Notes under the pieces: model-generated
What the model was told of the DNA's origin: nothing
Database searches by the model: none
What the model saw: only the letters and a program-made list of their open reading frames with translations
Program-made: the position numbers and the translations under genes
DNA from: an uncultured virus (IMG/VR IMGVR_UViG_3300009376_000008)
Taxonomy: Duplodnaviria; Heunggongvirae; Uroviricota; Caudoviricetes
DNA length: 64,000 nt
Reading direction: 5' to 3' (one strand)
IMG/VR virus record: IMGVR_UViG_3300009376_000008
Part shown: piece by piece, positions 55,877-64,000 of the stretch
Layout: each line of letters begins with the position of its first letter
Position numbering within the stretch: the stretch's first letter is position 1

Positions 55877-56266
55877 TTAGCTGATCTCAAATGTAATATG
55901 CCTTCTATAATAAGCAATTTTACGTGGGTTATTTGCCGTAGCGGAAATTAACTCAACGTCATCTGCAGAACCGACCTCTTGAAGCTTCAGAGCCCTACCA
56001 GCAACCTCGCGGAACTGACGCTTCGCTTCAGCAATTGCCTGATTGAGTACATCAACCGACTCTCTTTCATTTTCTTTCTTTTGAGTAGCTAACCCATCGC
56101 TGCTATTATAATGAACAACGGTTTGGTACTTAATTTCCAGTAAGCTTCCATGGATCTTGGCAGTAATGCCATATCCTGCGCCTACCACAGAGCTTCTTCC
56201 GAAGGTGGTATTGAAAATATTTCCTAGAACATTGATCTCATTAATTGTAAGTGTTTCATTTGGCAT
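55877..56266 (-). CDS. Hypothetical protein directly upstream of TerL
   Basis: AAGGAG SD; late motif at 56293-56299. Confidence 0.7.
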   Translation of the reverse strand: MPNETLTINEINVLGNIFNTTFGRSSVVGAGYGITAKIHGSLLEIKYQTVVHYNSSDGLATQKKENERESVDVLNQAIAEAKRQFREVAGRALKLQEVGSADDVELISATANNPRKIAYYRRHITFEIS

Positions 56267-56534
56267 CTTGGTTTTCTCCCTTTAGACAATTATAATTATT
56301 CAGAAATTTTTGGACATCCTCTTTTTTTGGTCGCCAACCTTTCTTCCATTTATTGACATTAGACCAATAAAATTCATTTTGACAATCGGTACAACAATCA
56401 AACGATTTAATGCTGACTACGTCATCAAAATGTCGGAGTGCGCAATTGCAAACTGGGCAATCATAAGGTATCCTTGTAAAATCTTCATCTAATACTATAA
56501 CACAGTCGTTTTTTTCTATGGTTCTATTATTCAT
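56256..56534 (-). CDS. Small Zn-finger protein
   Basis: CPVC...CCTDC, then WKKGWRP. Confidence 0.65.
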   Translation of the reverse strand: MNNRTIEKNDCVIVLDEDFTRIPYDCPVCNCALRHFDDVVSIKSFDCCTDCQNEFYWSNVNKWKKGWRPKKEDVQKFLNNYNCLKGENQDAK

Positions 56535-59500
56535 AATTAGTCCTCGAATCTTTTCCTACCTTGGTTATTTCAATTATATCATCAACAGAATCCTTTACGA
56601 CATCTACGTGGCTAATGATCATAATAAGGCGATAATAATTTTTCAACCGATGCAACAAATTTGTAACAGACTCAATGTTTTGCGGATCCAGGGAACCAAA
56701 TCCCTCATCTACAATGAAAATATCAGATTTATTTAACGCACTAATATTGCTAAGTGCCACACGAAGAGCCATCGAAGAAACCATTTTTTCCATGCCTGAC
56801 GCACACTCAATCGGGCGACGACTATCACCGTAGTTTAAATAAACGTCCGTGCTTCTCTCATCCACTTCCATCTCGACCGAGAACCCCACAATGTCTTGCA
56901 AGATTCTAGACAGTTCGATATTGATAGCTGGCAGATTTCTGCTCATAATATAGGTCGGAATACCCCGCCAAGATGTTGCCCTAATCAAAAAATCATGAAC
57001 CTTCCACTCTACTTGTAGCGCATCGTATTCTGCTTGGGCTTGTTGTAGCTGGGCTATTGTCGCCTGTTTACTTCCGATCTGTTCAGCAGTACTAGACCAC
57101 TCATCGTTAAGATTACTGAGATTATCTACTAGTTTTTGAATTTGAAACTGTAGGTTTTTCATTTCTTCAGTCTTGTCTTCGTCCGCTTTTAGCCTTAGCG
57201 CCAACAATTCTTCTTTAAGCTTAGAAATATCTCGCTCAGCGTGACCTAAGCCAATAACGCACTCATTTTTCGTAGATTCAAGCCTAACAACAGCCATTTT
57301 ATCCTGCGACTCTTTTCTTAACATAGCTTCATAGCGATTTATTTTGTTTCTTAAATCCTGAGCATCAAGATCTTCGATTTGTTTGGCCATGGATTCTACA
57401 TCTAAAGTAAAGCCATTAACAACTTCCTTCTGGTGATCTATCAACGACTTGTTGTCATGAGAATTTTTGATAAATTTGCACGTAGGAAAACTATCTCCGC
57501 ACGGTACTTGAGATAAAAGCTTAATAGACTTTTTCTGTGTCTTTAATAGATTGTTTTCTCTATCTAATTTTGACTCAAGCCGCAGAAGATTCTTTCGCAG
57601 ATCCTCTAGTGTTTCAAGCCTTCTTCGTAATGAATCAACTGGCACTCGAGATTTAATAGAATCATATTTTTCTAAAGAGGCTTGAAGATCTGTAATTTCA
57701 TCATCGCAAACCACGATTCTATTTGTTAATTCCTTAAACATTTTCTGTTTGATTTTAAGCGCTTTGTCTTTTTGGTCTATAATAGCCGGATCTACCCAGT
57801 CTTCTCCGTGATCTTCTTCTGCTAATTTTCTTAGTTTTGTTAATCTGCCCTCGATATCTGTTTTCTTAAATTCTAAATCTTCTTTCTTATCTTGAAGACT
57901 TTTGATTTGCCCCTTTTCTGTTCTTATCTCTGCCACCCAATCTTTAGGTGATAGTCTCTTTAGCATACCTTTTACGCCAGCGGCTTCATCTTTTACAAGC
58001 TTATGAAGATCGTCAAATACATCTAGCCCCAAAAAAGACGACAGGATTCTTTTTCTCTCTGTAGATCCATTATCGATAAAGGCGTTCATGTTTCCTTGAG
58101 CGGCAAAAGAAGTCATCATAAAATCTTCAGATGTTCCGATCAACTGTCTTACAGTTTTCTCTGTATCTTTTCGTTGTTCTCCACTAAGATCTCGAATTAT
58201 GCAGCCGTCTGTATCAACCTCATAAAGGTTTAAATAAGTCATGGCCCCAGACCCGCGTTTTCCTCTTGCTGGGTATCTAACACTTTGTCGCTCTAACCGA
58301 TACAGCTTACCGTTTACAGATACGGTTGCGTCTGCTGCACAATGCTGTTTTCTCGTATTTATTACATGTTGAATACCAACAATTCCTCGATCATTAGCAT
58401 TAAACAGAGAGTACATCATGGTTCCTGGTATGCTGCTCTTCCCGCTTCGGTTCTTTCCAAATAGCCCGACTATCCCGCTTAGCTTAGAAAAATCAATCGC
58501 ATTATCTTCACCATACCCAAACGTATTATCGAACCCCATTCTTTTGATAGACCATTTATTTCCTCTAGCTTCTTTATTATGGGTAATCTTCGGTAGTAAT
58601 GAATCCATAATTCTATCCACTTCTTGCCAAAATTCATCACTTTCAGAAGATTCTCCAGCGTACTCTCTTAATAGGCTCTTGTGAACTGCTGGCCGGGTTA
58701 AGTCTTCTACTTCTACTTTGGCTTGTTCATCTGTTAATTTTGGATCATCGTTTTTTGAACCTAATTTATAGACCACTTCATCAGCGGTCCATTCTCTAGT
58801 CAGAACATTGCTCAGTTTGCGCTGGATTTTGGGATCTAGCTGTCTATCACTCCTAATGCGAAACCTCGCGCCAGGTGGCCATTTCTCGCATTCCTTTACT
58901 GTGTTTTGAATAGACCCTAACCAATCTACTGTAACAAATGGGTTTCCGTGAAATACAGGATAAAAATCTACAGTCCACTTATCTTTAGATTCAATGTCCC
59001 ATAACAAAAACCCCTTCTCTCCCGATTCTCCGTAATTTTGTTGGATTGTAGAACCTGGATACCAAATTCTTCCCGCTTTATCTAAGCACTGTCGTTTATG
59101 AATGTCTCCAAGCATTGTAAATTCAAAAGACCTAAAGAGATCCATCTTACAATCACCATCGAGCATAAAATCCGAATCAGTATGGCTTCCCCATACAGCA
59201 CCATGGTATAGAGCTATGTTGATTTTACCTTTTTCCGCTTTTATGTTCTTGTAACCCGGCTCGTCAAACGGACTAAATACGCACCAATTGACCTCGTTGT
59301 TGTATAAATCAGGAAATGTTCCGCTCTCTCTATAAAGGTGAACCTTTGGGAGATTCAACGCTCTAAGAATTGGGCTAATTGCATCTTGCCGATCAGAATT
59401 AAGAACTAATCCATCATGGTTTCCAAGCATAACATGCACCGGCGCAATTCTGCTCATAGTTGTAAACCACCAATTAAGACAATCAATGAGTTCTGGCGAG

Positions 59501-59664
59501 ATTCCTTGAGTCTTGCTATGAACTATATCGCCAGCAATCACAAAACAATCTGGATTCAGTGACCTCGCTTGCTCAAACAAATCTTCAAAAGAACGCTTGT
59601 ATTCTTCGTGACGCGTCAAGCCTCGCCAGTGAACGTCTGCAATGTGAATGCACCTAAAACTCAT
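56527..59664 (-). CDS. Fused SbcD/Mre11 nuclease and SbcC/Rad50 ABC ATPase (gp47-gp46 fusion)
   Basis: N-terminal HIADVH, AGDI, GNHD, LYHG and LGDIH phosphoesterase motifs; then GKNRSGKSS, Q-loop AQG, coiled coil, ASGMEK signature, DEGFGSLD and ISH. Confidence 0.92.
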   Translation of the reverse strand: MSFRCIHIADVHWRGLTRHEEYKRSFEDLFEQARSLNPDCFVIAGDIVHSKTQGISPELIDCLNWWFTTMSRIAPVHVMLGNHDGLVLNSDRQDAISPILRALNLPKVHLYRESGTFPDLYNNEVNWCVFSPFDEPGYKNIKAEKGKINIALYHGAVWGSHTDSDFMLDGDCKMDLFRSFEFTMLGDIHKRQCLDKAGRIWYPGSTIQQNYGESGEKGFLLWDIESKDKWTVDFYPVFHGNPFVTVDWLGSIQNTVKECEKWPPGARFRIRSDRQLDPKIQRKLSNVLTREWTADEVVYKLGSKNDDPKLTDEQAKVEVEDLTRPAVHKSLLREYAGESSESDEFWQEVDRIMDSLLPKITHNKEARGNKWSIKRMGFDNTFGYGEDNAIDFSKLSGIVGLFGKNRSGKSSIPGTMMYSLFNANDRGIVGIQHVINTRKQHCAADATVSVNGKLYRLERQSVRYPARGKRGSGAMTYLNLYEVDTDGCIIRDLSGEQRKDTEKTVRQLIGTSEDFMMTSFAAQGNMNAFIDNGSTERKRILSSFLGLDVFDDLHKLVKDEAAGVKGMLKRLSPKDWVAEIRTEKGQIKSLQDKKEDLEFKKTDIEGRLTKLRKLAEEDHGEDWVDPAIIDQKDKALKIKQKMFKELTNRIVVCDDEITDLQASLEKYDSIKSRVPVDSLRRRLETLEDLRKNLLRLESKLDRENNLLKTQKKSIKLLSQVPCGDSFPTCKFIKNSHDNKSLIDHQKEVVNGFTLDVESMAKQIEDLDAQDLRNKINRYEAMLRKESQDKMAVVRLESTKNECVIGLGHAERDISKLKEELLALRLKADEDKTEEMKNLQFQIQKLVDNLSNLNDEWSSTAEQIGSKQATIAQLQQAQAEYDALQVEWKVHDFLIRATSWRGIPTYIMSRNLPAINIELSRILQDIVGFSVEMEVDERSTDVYLNYGDSRRPIECASGMEKMVSSMALRVALSNISALNKSDIFIVDEGFGSLDPQNIESVTNLLHRLKNYYRLIMIISHVDVVKDSVDDIIEITKVGKDSRTNYE

Positions 59665-60590
59665 ATTCTCAACCCCTGTAATTTCGCTAAAATTAGCGAA
59701 TTTTGAGAGTATTTTTTACTCTCTCTTATTAATTCGGCGACTTCAGTAAATTCGCAATCGCCTACATCCTTCTCTAAAGGACAATTTAGCCAAACATCAA
59801 TAGAATAAGAAGATAAAAGCTTTGCTATTTTCATTGCTTTATTCTGCGCATCTGGATCTAACAACAATACCACTGGTGTGGCATTCTTTGTTATTCTTTC
59901 AAAAAGTAAAGAATTCTCATTTAAGGTACTCCCCAATAAACAAGTAGAATTAACACCACACTTAATCAAATCTAGCGGTCCTTCTACTAAAACTATCCTA
60001 TTACCAAAGTCTACATCTATTTCATTAAAAATAATGTCTTTTTTCGGTAAAGATTCATTAACATATCGAATGTGATTATTCTTATCTATGGCTCTTCCAG
60101 TCAAATAATTCAAATTACCATCTTCATCAAAGGAAGGCATCAATAACCTGCGGTACCATTTACCGATTCGAGAGTATCCGCACCTATATCGCCATAACAT
60201 AGGAGCAGAAAATCCCCTAGAGTGTGCGTAATTTTTAATCTCTCTTGCATATGGATCATTTGTATCATCACCAAGTAGTTTAAAATCTTCAGGTAATCTA
60301 ATTTCGATAGGCGCTTCAACGACTGTTTTGGCATTGGCCTGTGGGAATCTCGCCATATACTGCGATTTCTTTGAAGGAGAAATCATGCCTACTAGTCTAG
60401 CTATCCCACGGCCCTTTAAATCGCAAACCCAGCAATGATAAATCTCGTTATCAAGCCTGATACATAATTTGCTTTTTCCTGGTTTGCCACACTCTGGACA
60501 TCGAACCGATATCTCAATATTATCCCTTGCGACCTGGACGTCTTTGAAAAGTTTAGCCAGGAACGCTATTTTATCTTGTAGTAAAGCCAT
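59661..60590 (-). CDS. DNA primase (Zn-binding domain plus TOPRIM)
   Basis: CPEC...HCWVC Zn finger, LVEGPLD, LLDPD, DVGD. Confidence 0.9.
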   Translation of the reverse strand: MALLQDKIAFLAKLFKDVQVARDNIEISVRCPECGKPGKSKLCIRLDNEIYHCWVCDLKGRGIARLVGMISPSKKSQYMARFPQANAKTVVEAPIEIRLPEDFKLLGDDTNDPYAREIKNYAHSRGFSAPMLWRYRCGYSRIGKWYRRLLMPSFDEDGNLNYLTGRAIDKNNHIRYVNESLPKKDIIFNEIDVDFGNRIVLVEGPLDLIKCGVNSTCLLGSTLNENSLLFERITKNATPVVLLLDPDAQNKAMKIAKLLSSYSIDVWLNCPLEKDVGDCEFTEVAELIRESKKYSQNSLILAKLQGLRI

Positions 60591-60599
60591 AACTCTATT

Positions 60600-61178
60600 C
60601 TACTGAATAGATTTAGATTTTATAAATCCTGCATTCGCAATCACGAAAGAGTCCGCTATATCGTAACACGAAGGACAATCTATAGTAATTCCTTTTCGGG
60701 GCCCGCTTTTAAGGGTTTTCTGAGGCCAATTAAATTTGGGTAACTTTGCCTTAGTCCAGATCAAAACCTGCTCTTTCGTTGAGATGCCGCATGTTTTCTC
60801 TCGCTGTATTTTTAAGCCAACAAGTTTTCTAGCAGCATTAGCATTTATTAACCCAGGAACGATGTCTATCGTCTTGTGCAACATGAATTGACACATACCA
60901 TTGAAGGTTGCTAACCGCATCATTGTGGCCGCTGTGGAGCCACCCTTTGCGAACCTCTGGAACGGCTCTTCAATCCAGATTTCAGTAATCTGTTCACCTA
61001 AGCAAACGCCTTCATGTTTACTATCAAAAATCTGTGATAACTGTTGTTCTAAAAACAATGCCCGCTCAGAAAGACCGCCCTTAGGTAATACTATTGCATG
61101 CGCTTCAATAAACTTAGCGTCCGGATCTAAAAAAGTTACTCCCACAACGGAAGTGGATATATCAAAACCAACTATCAT
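60600..61178 (-). CDS. RuvC-like Holliday junction resolvase
   Basis: IVGFDISTS, WIEE, ARK, K.Q, DIADSFVIA. Confidence 0.85.
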   Translation of the reverse strand: MIVGFDISTSVVGVTFLDPDAKFIEAHAIVLPKGGLSERALFLEQQLSQIFDSKHEGVCLGEQITEIWIEEPFQRFAKGGSTAATMMRLATFNGMCQFMLHKTIDIVPGLINANAARKLVGLKIQREKTCGISTKEQVLIWTKAKLPKFNWPQKTLKSGPRKGITIDCPSCYDIADSFVIANAGFIKSKSIQ

Positions 61179-63823
61179 TAAAAATCAAACTTTACTCTTA
61201 TGAGAAACTCATCTTCTTTACGTTTGGTTATTGGTTGTGAAAATCTAGCCTTTGCAATAACGTTCATGTTCGAATCATGAAAATTTAAGCCAGAAAGATA
61301 AACAAAGTCCGTTGCAGTTTCATTTGGCCGATCAGATGGAGCATAGGCAGCATAGTTCGGATTACTAGAACTGTTTAATAGGGTCTTTGAACATGGTACC
61401 ATAACCTCAAACATATGAAGATTCTGTTCTCCTTTAAATGAAATCTCGTAATGATCCTTTCCCATCATGAACAGATGAGGAGATTTCAATGCTATTATAC
61501 CATCTTCGTAGTAAACTGTTCCTACAAAATTATTCATTGCTACAGAACCGCTGCAGTCTGCTCGAATCATATTGCCATAACCGTCGTCGATTAGACGAAC
61601 CGGTACTAATCGATCAGAGCCAGATACAGTAGGCATTACATACAGGTTGCTTTTCATCTCTATGGTGCCCGGGTTTATTCTATTTCCGTAAAATAAAGTT
61701 GGCACATTGAAAATAGCCACCATGTTAGAAGATTTTTCACCACTGCCGATCAAACCGTATGGCTGTGGGTTAAAAAACCTTGTAGAGGGAATCGATGGTG
61801 GCCGGAAACCTAGTGATCGAGGAATAACTGATGTTGCTCTATTCCTAGGCCCATGGGGGCGTTCATTTATCGTGTCTACTTTTGAATAATTCCACCCCTC
61901 GTCGACAAGACACAGTTTTGAATCTAAATTAGTTCTAAAGTTGCCTAAATTACTAAGATTACAAACACTAGGCCGGTCTTCTGAAATAATTGATCCACTG
62001 AAATCGACCGAACTATAGCTCTCATACGTTTGTGTAAATTGGCCATTATCACATGGCAAAACCAATAAATTTCTCTGTTTATGTCCTGGAAACCGTTCAT
62101 ATCCTATGCTACTGCTCATCTCGTGACAACTATTGTATGCCCTGACAGAAGACGAGAGTTGGTGCAAGTATGGGTATCGGCCAGTTGCAAAATCTCTCAA
62201 AAAGGCTTGGGCGTTAATATTCAAAATACCCCCAATGCTTGAATGATGGGTATTGAATGGAGAATCGAAAGCAAGTCTACCTGGAACAGGATAATTCTCA
62301 TAAAAATCTTCTAACGTTGCCTCCCTTGTTCTAGAGTCTCTAGCGCCATAAAGATCTCCGACTAAAGTGTTATAGTTATTCGGCGGTGCATTTGGCGTAT
62401 AAATTACTGGTACGTGAAATAGCAGCTCACCAGAAGATCCAGTAGAAATTCCTTTATATTTTCTAATAAAGCCTACTGAACGGATTCTATTACTTAGTTT
62501 TATTTCATGTATCTCAGCATTAAGCCCAGAGACGAAGGAACCTGATGGATAACCCGCAGCGCCGGTTGTCGCTTCTACGCCCTGATTATACCTTGTGGTG
62601 GTCGAAAAGAAATCCAAGGCATTTGCTGCTGTGCCTGTATAATAGGCGCCCACAAACATGCTATCAACTGCTTGGGTGAGATCTGCCATCGTAAAAGAAG
62701 ATGGGGGCTCAAAATATCCGGCAGTCCTACCATCGATAAGAAATGAGCCAGTGTTATTGTTTTGAGTTGGAGAATATCTTACACAGCAATGGTGCCAATG
62801 AGAGGCCGTAATATAATCTTTAGACTTATACGTCATTACAGAAGCCCTGTTTCGATTAGAAACAGTCAAATCAATACTATCTGGTTCAACATTTCCGCTG
62901 GCATATGTTGCCATCTGGAGAAGAAGCCTGTAATTAAGTGGGAGGCCACTGGCCTCTAGGTTGCCCTGTCTAGATCCTGTAACAACAGAAATAGCAAACG
63001 CGCCAGGTAGATGAATAATAGTCCCAGCAGACGTAGGCTGTCGTTGCATTTTAAGGTAGAATTCAAGCTGAAATTCAGACGTCGGTAAATATCTATTTGA
63101 CGGACTGTTATAAACGATGGCTGGCTGAAGAGCAGAACCCGTGTTGAAGGTATTCTGGAACATGTTTATACAATTGTAATTCGTATAACCCCAGCCTAGC
63201 GATGGCCGGCCGACAGAATAAGTGCCGTCTAGAACAGTACGGATTATTTCTTTTCGTCGAAAGGGCTTTGCTATAAAGTCTGTGCCTGGAACAAATCTAG
63301 AAATACTAGAGGTTGCCCTATTTCTTGGGTGCATAGGAAGGTCGGAATAACCACTATGGGCCCAGTTTAAATTAAGCTGCACATATTCTTTTTTAAAGTA
63401 TTCGGGCGGAAAAGGATTCGGCGGCTTATGTCCCTGCCTCATAGCAAGGACATCATCATACTCGCCGTCTTCATCGTGATCGGCAGGATTGGCACCATCT
63501 AACAATAAGCCTAGTTGTAAATCGTAATTGTAACTAGACGTAGATTCAGAAAAAATCTCGCCAGAACCTACTGGCGTCTTTTTTGCTGCGTAAATCTGTC
63601 TTCTTCGGCCTTCGAACGTATTTTCATCAAATTTCTGAGGACCTTCATGATCAGCGATACCCTCTCTTTCGTCAATACTGTCCTTTTGCGTATGAGACCG
63701 ATTTACGATAATATTAATCGAACCGGTAACGCCTCCATAACTAGAAGAAAGAAACGTCCGCTTTGGAGCAAATTGAATTGAAGAATTGGATAGAAATTCT
63801 GGAAATAGTTTGATTATGGCCAT
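61178..63823 (-). CDS. Large virion baseplate/fibre-attachment protein with a LamG-like domain
   Basis: Central F.LEFYLK...WHHCCV...LIDG LamG-like segment; VGTVYYEDG; C-terminal YLSGLNFHD.NMNVIAKARFSQPI.K......RVKFDF. Confidence 0.65.
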   Translation of the reverse strand: MAIIKLFPEFLSNSSIQFAPKRTFLSSSYGGVTGSINIIVNRSHTQKDSIDEREGIADHEGPQKFDENTFEGRRRQIYAAKKTPVGSGEIFSESTSSYNYDLQLGLLLDGANPADHDEDGEYDDVLAMRQGHKPPNPFPPEYFKKEYVQLNLNWAHSGYSDLPMHPRNRATSSISRFVPGTDFIAKPFRRKEIIRTVLDGTYSVGRPSLGWGYTNYNCINMFQNTFNTGSALQPAIVYNSPSNRYLPTSEFQLEFYLKMQRQPTSAGTIIHLPGAFAISVVTGSRQGNLEASGLPLNYRLLLQMATYASGNVEPDSIDLTVSNRNRASVMTYKSKDYITASHWHHCCVRYSPTQNNNTGSFLIDGRTAGYFEPPSSFTMADLTQAVDSMFVGAYYTGTAANALDFFSTTTRYNQGVEATTGAAGYPSGSFVSGLNAEIHEIKLSNRIRSVGFIRKYKGISTGSSGELLFHVPVIYTPNAPPNNYNTLVGDLYGARDSRTREATLEDFYENYPVPGRLAFDSPFNTHHSSIGGILNINAQAFLRDFATGRYPYLHQLSSSVRAYNSCHEMSSSIGYERFPGHKQRNLLVLPCDNGQFTQTYESYSSVDFSGSIISEDRPSVCNLSNLGNFRTNLDSKLCLVDEGWNYSKVDTINERPHGPRNRATSVIPRSLGFRPPSIPSTRFFNPQPYGLIGSGEKSSNMVAIFNVPTLFYGNRINPGTIEMKSNLYVMPTVSGSDRLVPVRLIDDGYGNMIRADCSGSVAMNNFVGTVYYEDGIIALKSPHLFMMGKDHYEISFKGEQNLHMFEVMVPCSKTLLNSSSNPNYAAYAPSDRPNETATDFVYLSGLNFHDSNMNVIAKARFSQPITKRKEDEFLIRVKFDF

Positions 63824-63834
63824 GTGTCATCATT

Positions 63835-64000
63835 TTAAAAGTCTAGACGAACTCTGACCGTAAGATCTTTTTCGTCGTTCTTTTCAATTGGTCTTGACAA
63901 CTTTCCACAAGCCATAAGCTCATTGTTTGTATTGTATAGACCAACTGTCGTTATAAAAGTAAAGCTTCTCTCTGTTGGATCTGTTTGATCTTCAATGACA
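63835..64000 (-). CDS. C-terminus of a paralogous virion protein (partial)
   Basis: Manual translation ...TFITTVGLYNTNNELMACGKLSRPIEKNDEKDLTVRVRLDF* shares the C-terminal domain of 61178..63823. Confidence 0.75.
   Translation of the reverse strand, partial: VIEDQTDPTERSFTFITTVGLYNTNNELMACGKLSRPIEKNDEKDLTVRVRLDF

Noticed and set aside
1..64000. Stop-codon reassignment (as in some large phages)
   Set aside because: Conserved genes are full length under code 11, and TAA, TAG and TGA all end genes at the expected C-termini
1..64000. tRNA genes, CRISPR arrays, integrase/transposase, diversity-generating retroelement
   Set aside because: Intergenic gaps are short (about 170 bp at most) with no cloverleaf or repeat-spacer pattern; no RT, recombinase or transposase ORF recognised

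Overview
This 64 kb window is part of the genome of a large lytic myovirus with T4-superfamily-like architecture. Essentially every real gene is on the minus strand, densely packed, in the standard genetic code. In transcription order (high to low coordinates) it holds: baseplate/fibre proteins; RuvC, primase and a fused SbcD-SbcC nuclease; large terminase, portal, prohead protease, small head proteins, a divergent ribosomal protein bS21, scaffold and major capsid protein; neck proteins, two paralogous tail sheaths, tail tube, tail chaperone, tape measure and baseplate; a minimal family-A polymerase, gp32-like SSB, RecA/UvsX, 5'-3' exonuclease, DnaB-like helicase and class II RNR; then ClpP, an amidase endolysin, a lipoprotein, a thermonuclease, an acyl-CoA thioesterase, type II glutamine synthetase, two adenine methyltransferases and ThyX (truncated by the window edge). 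Non-coding signals read directly from the sequence: a putative late promoter ATA(A/C)TTA about 25 nt upstream of roughly a dozen genes, four sigma70-like promoters (one apparently leaderless), four terminators, a U7 +1/-2 frameshift site in the tail chaperone, a 90-nt candidate double-pseudoknot leader RNA, and a 19-bp inverted repeat around an A-tract. All functional calls come from motif recognition and synteny; no database searches were run.
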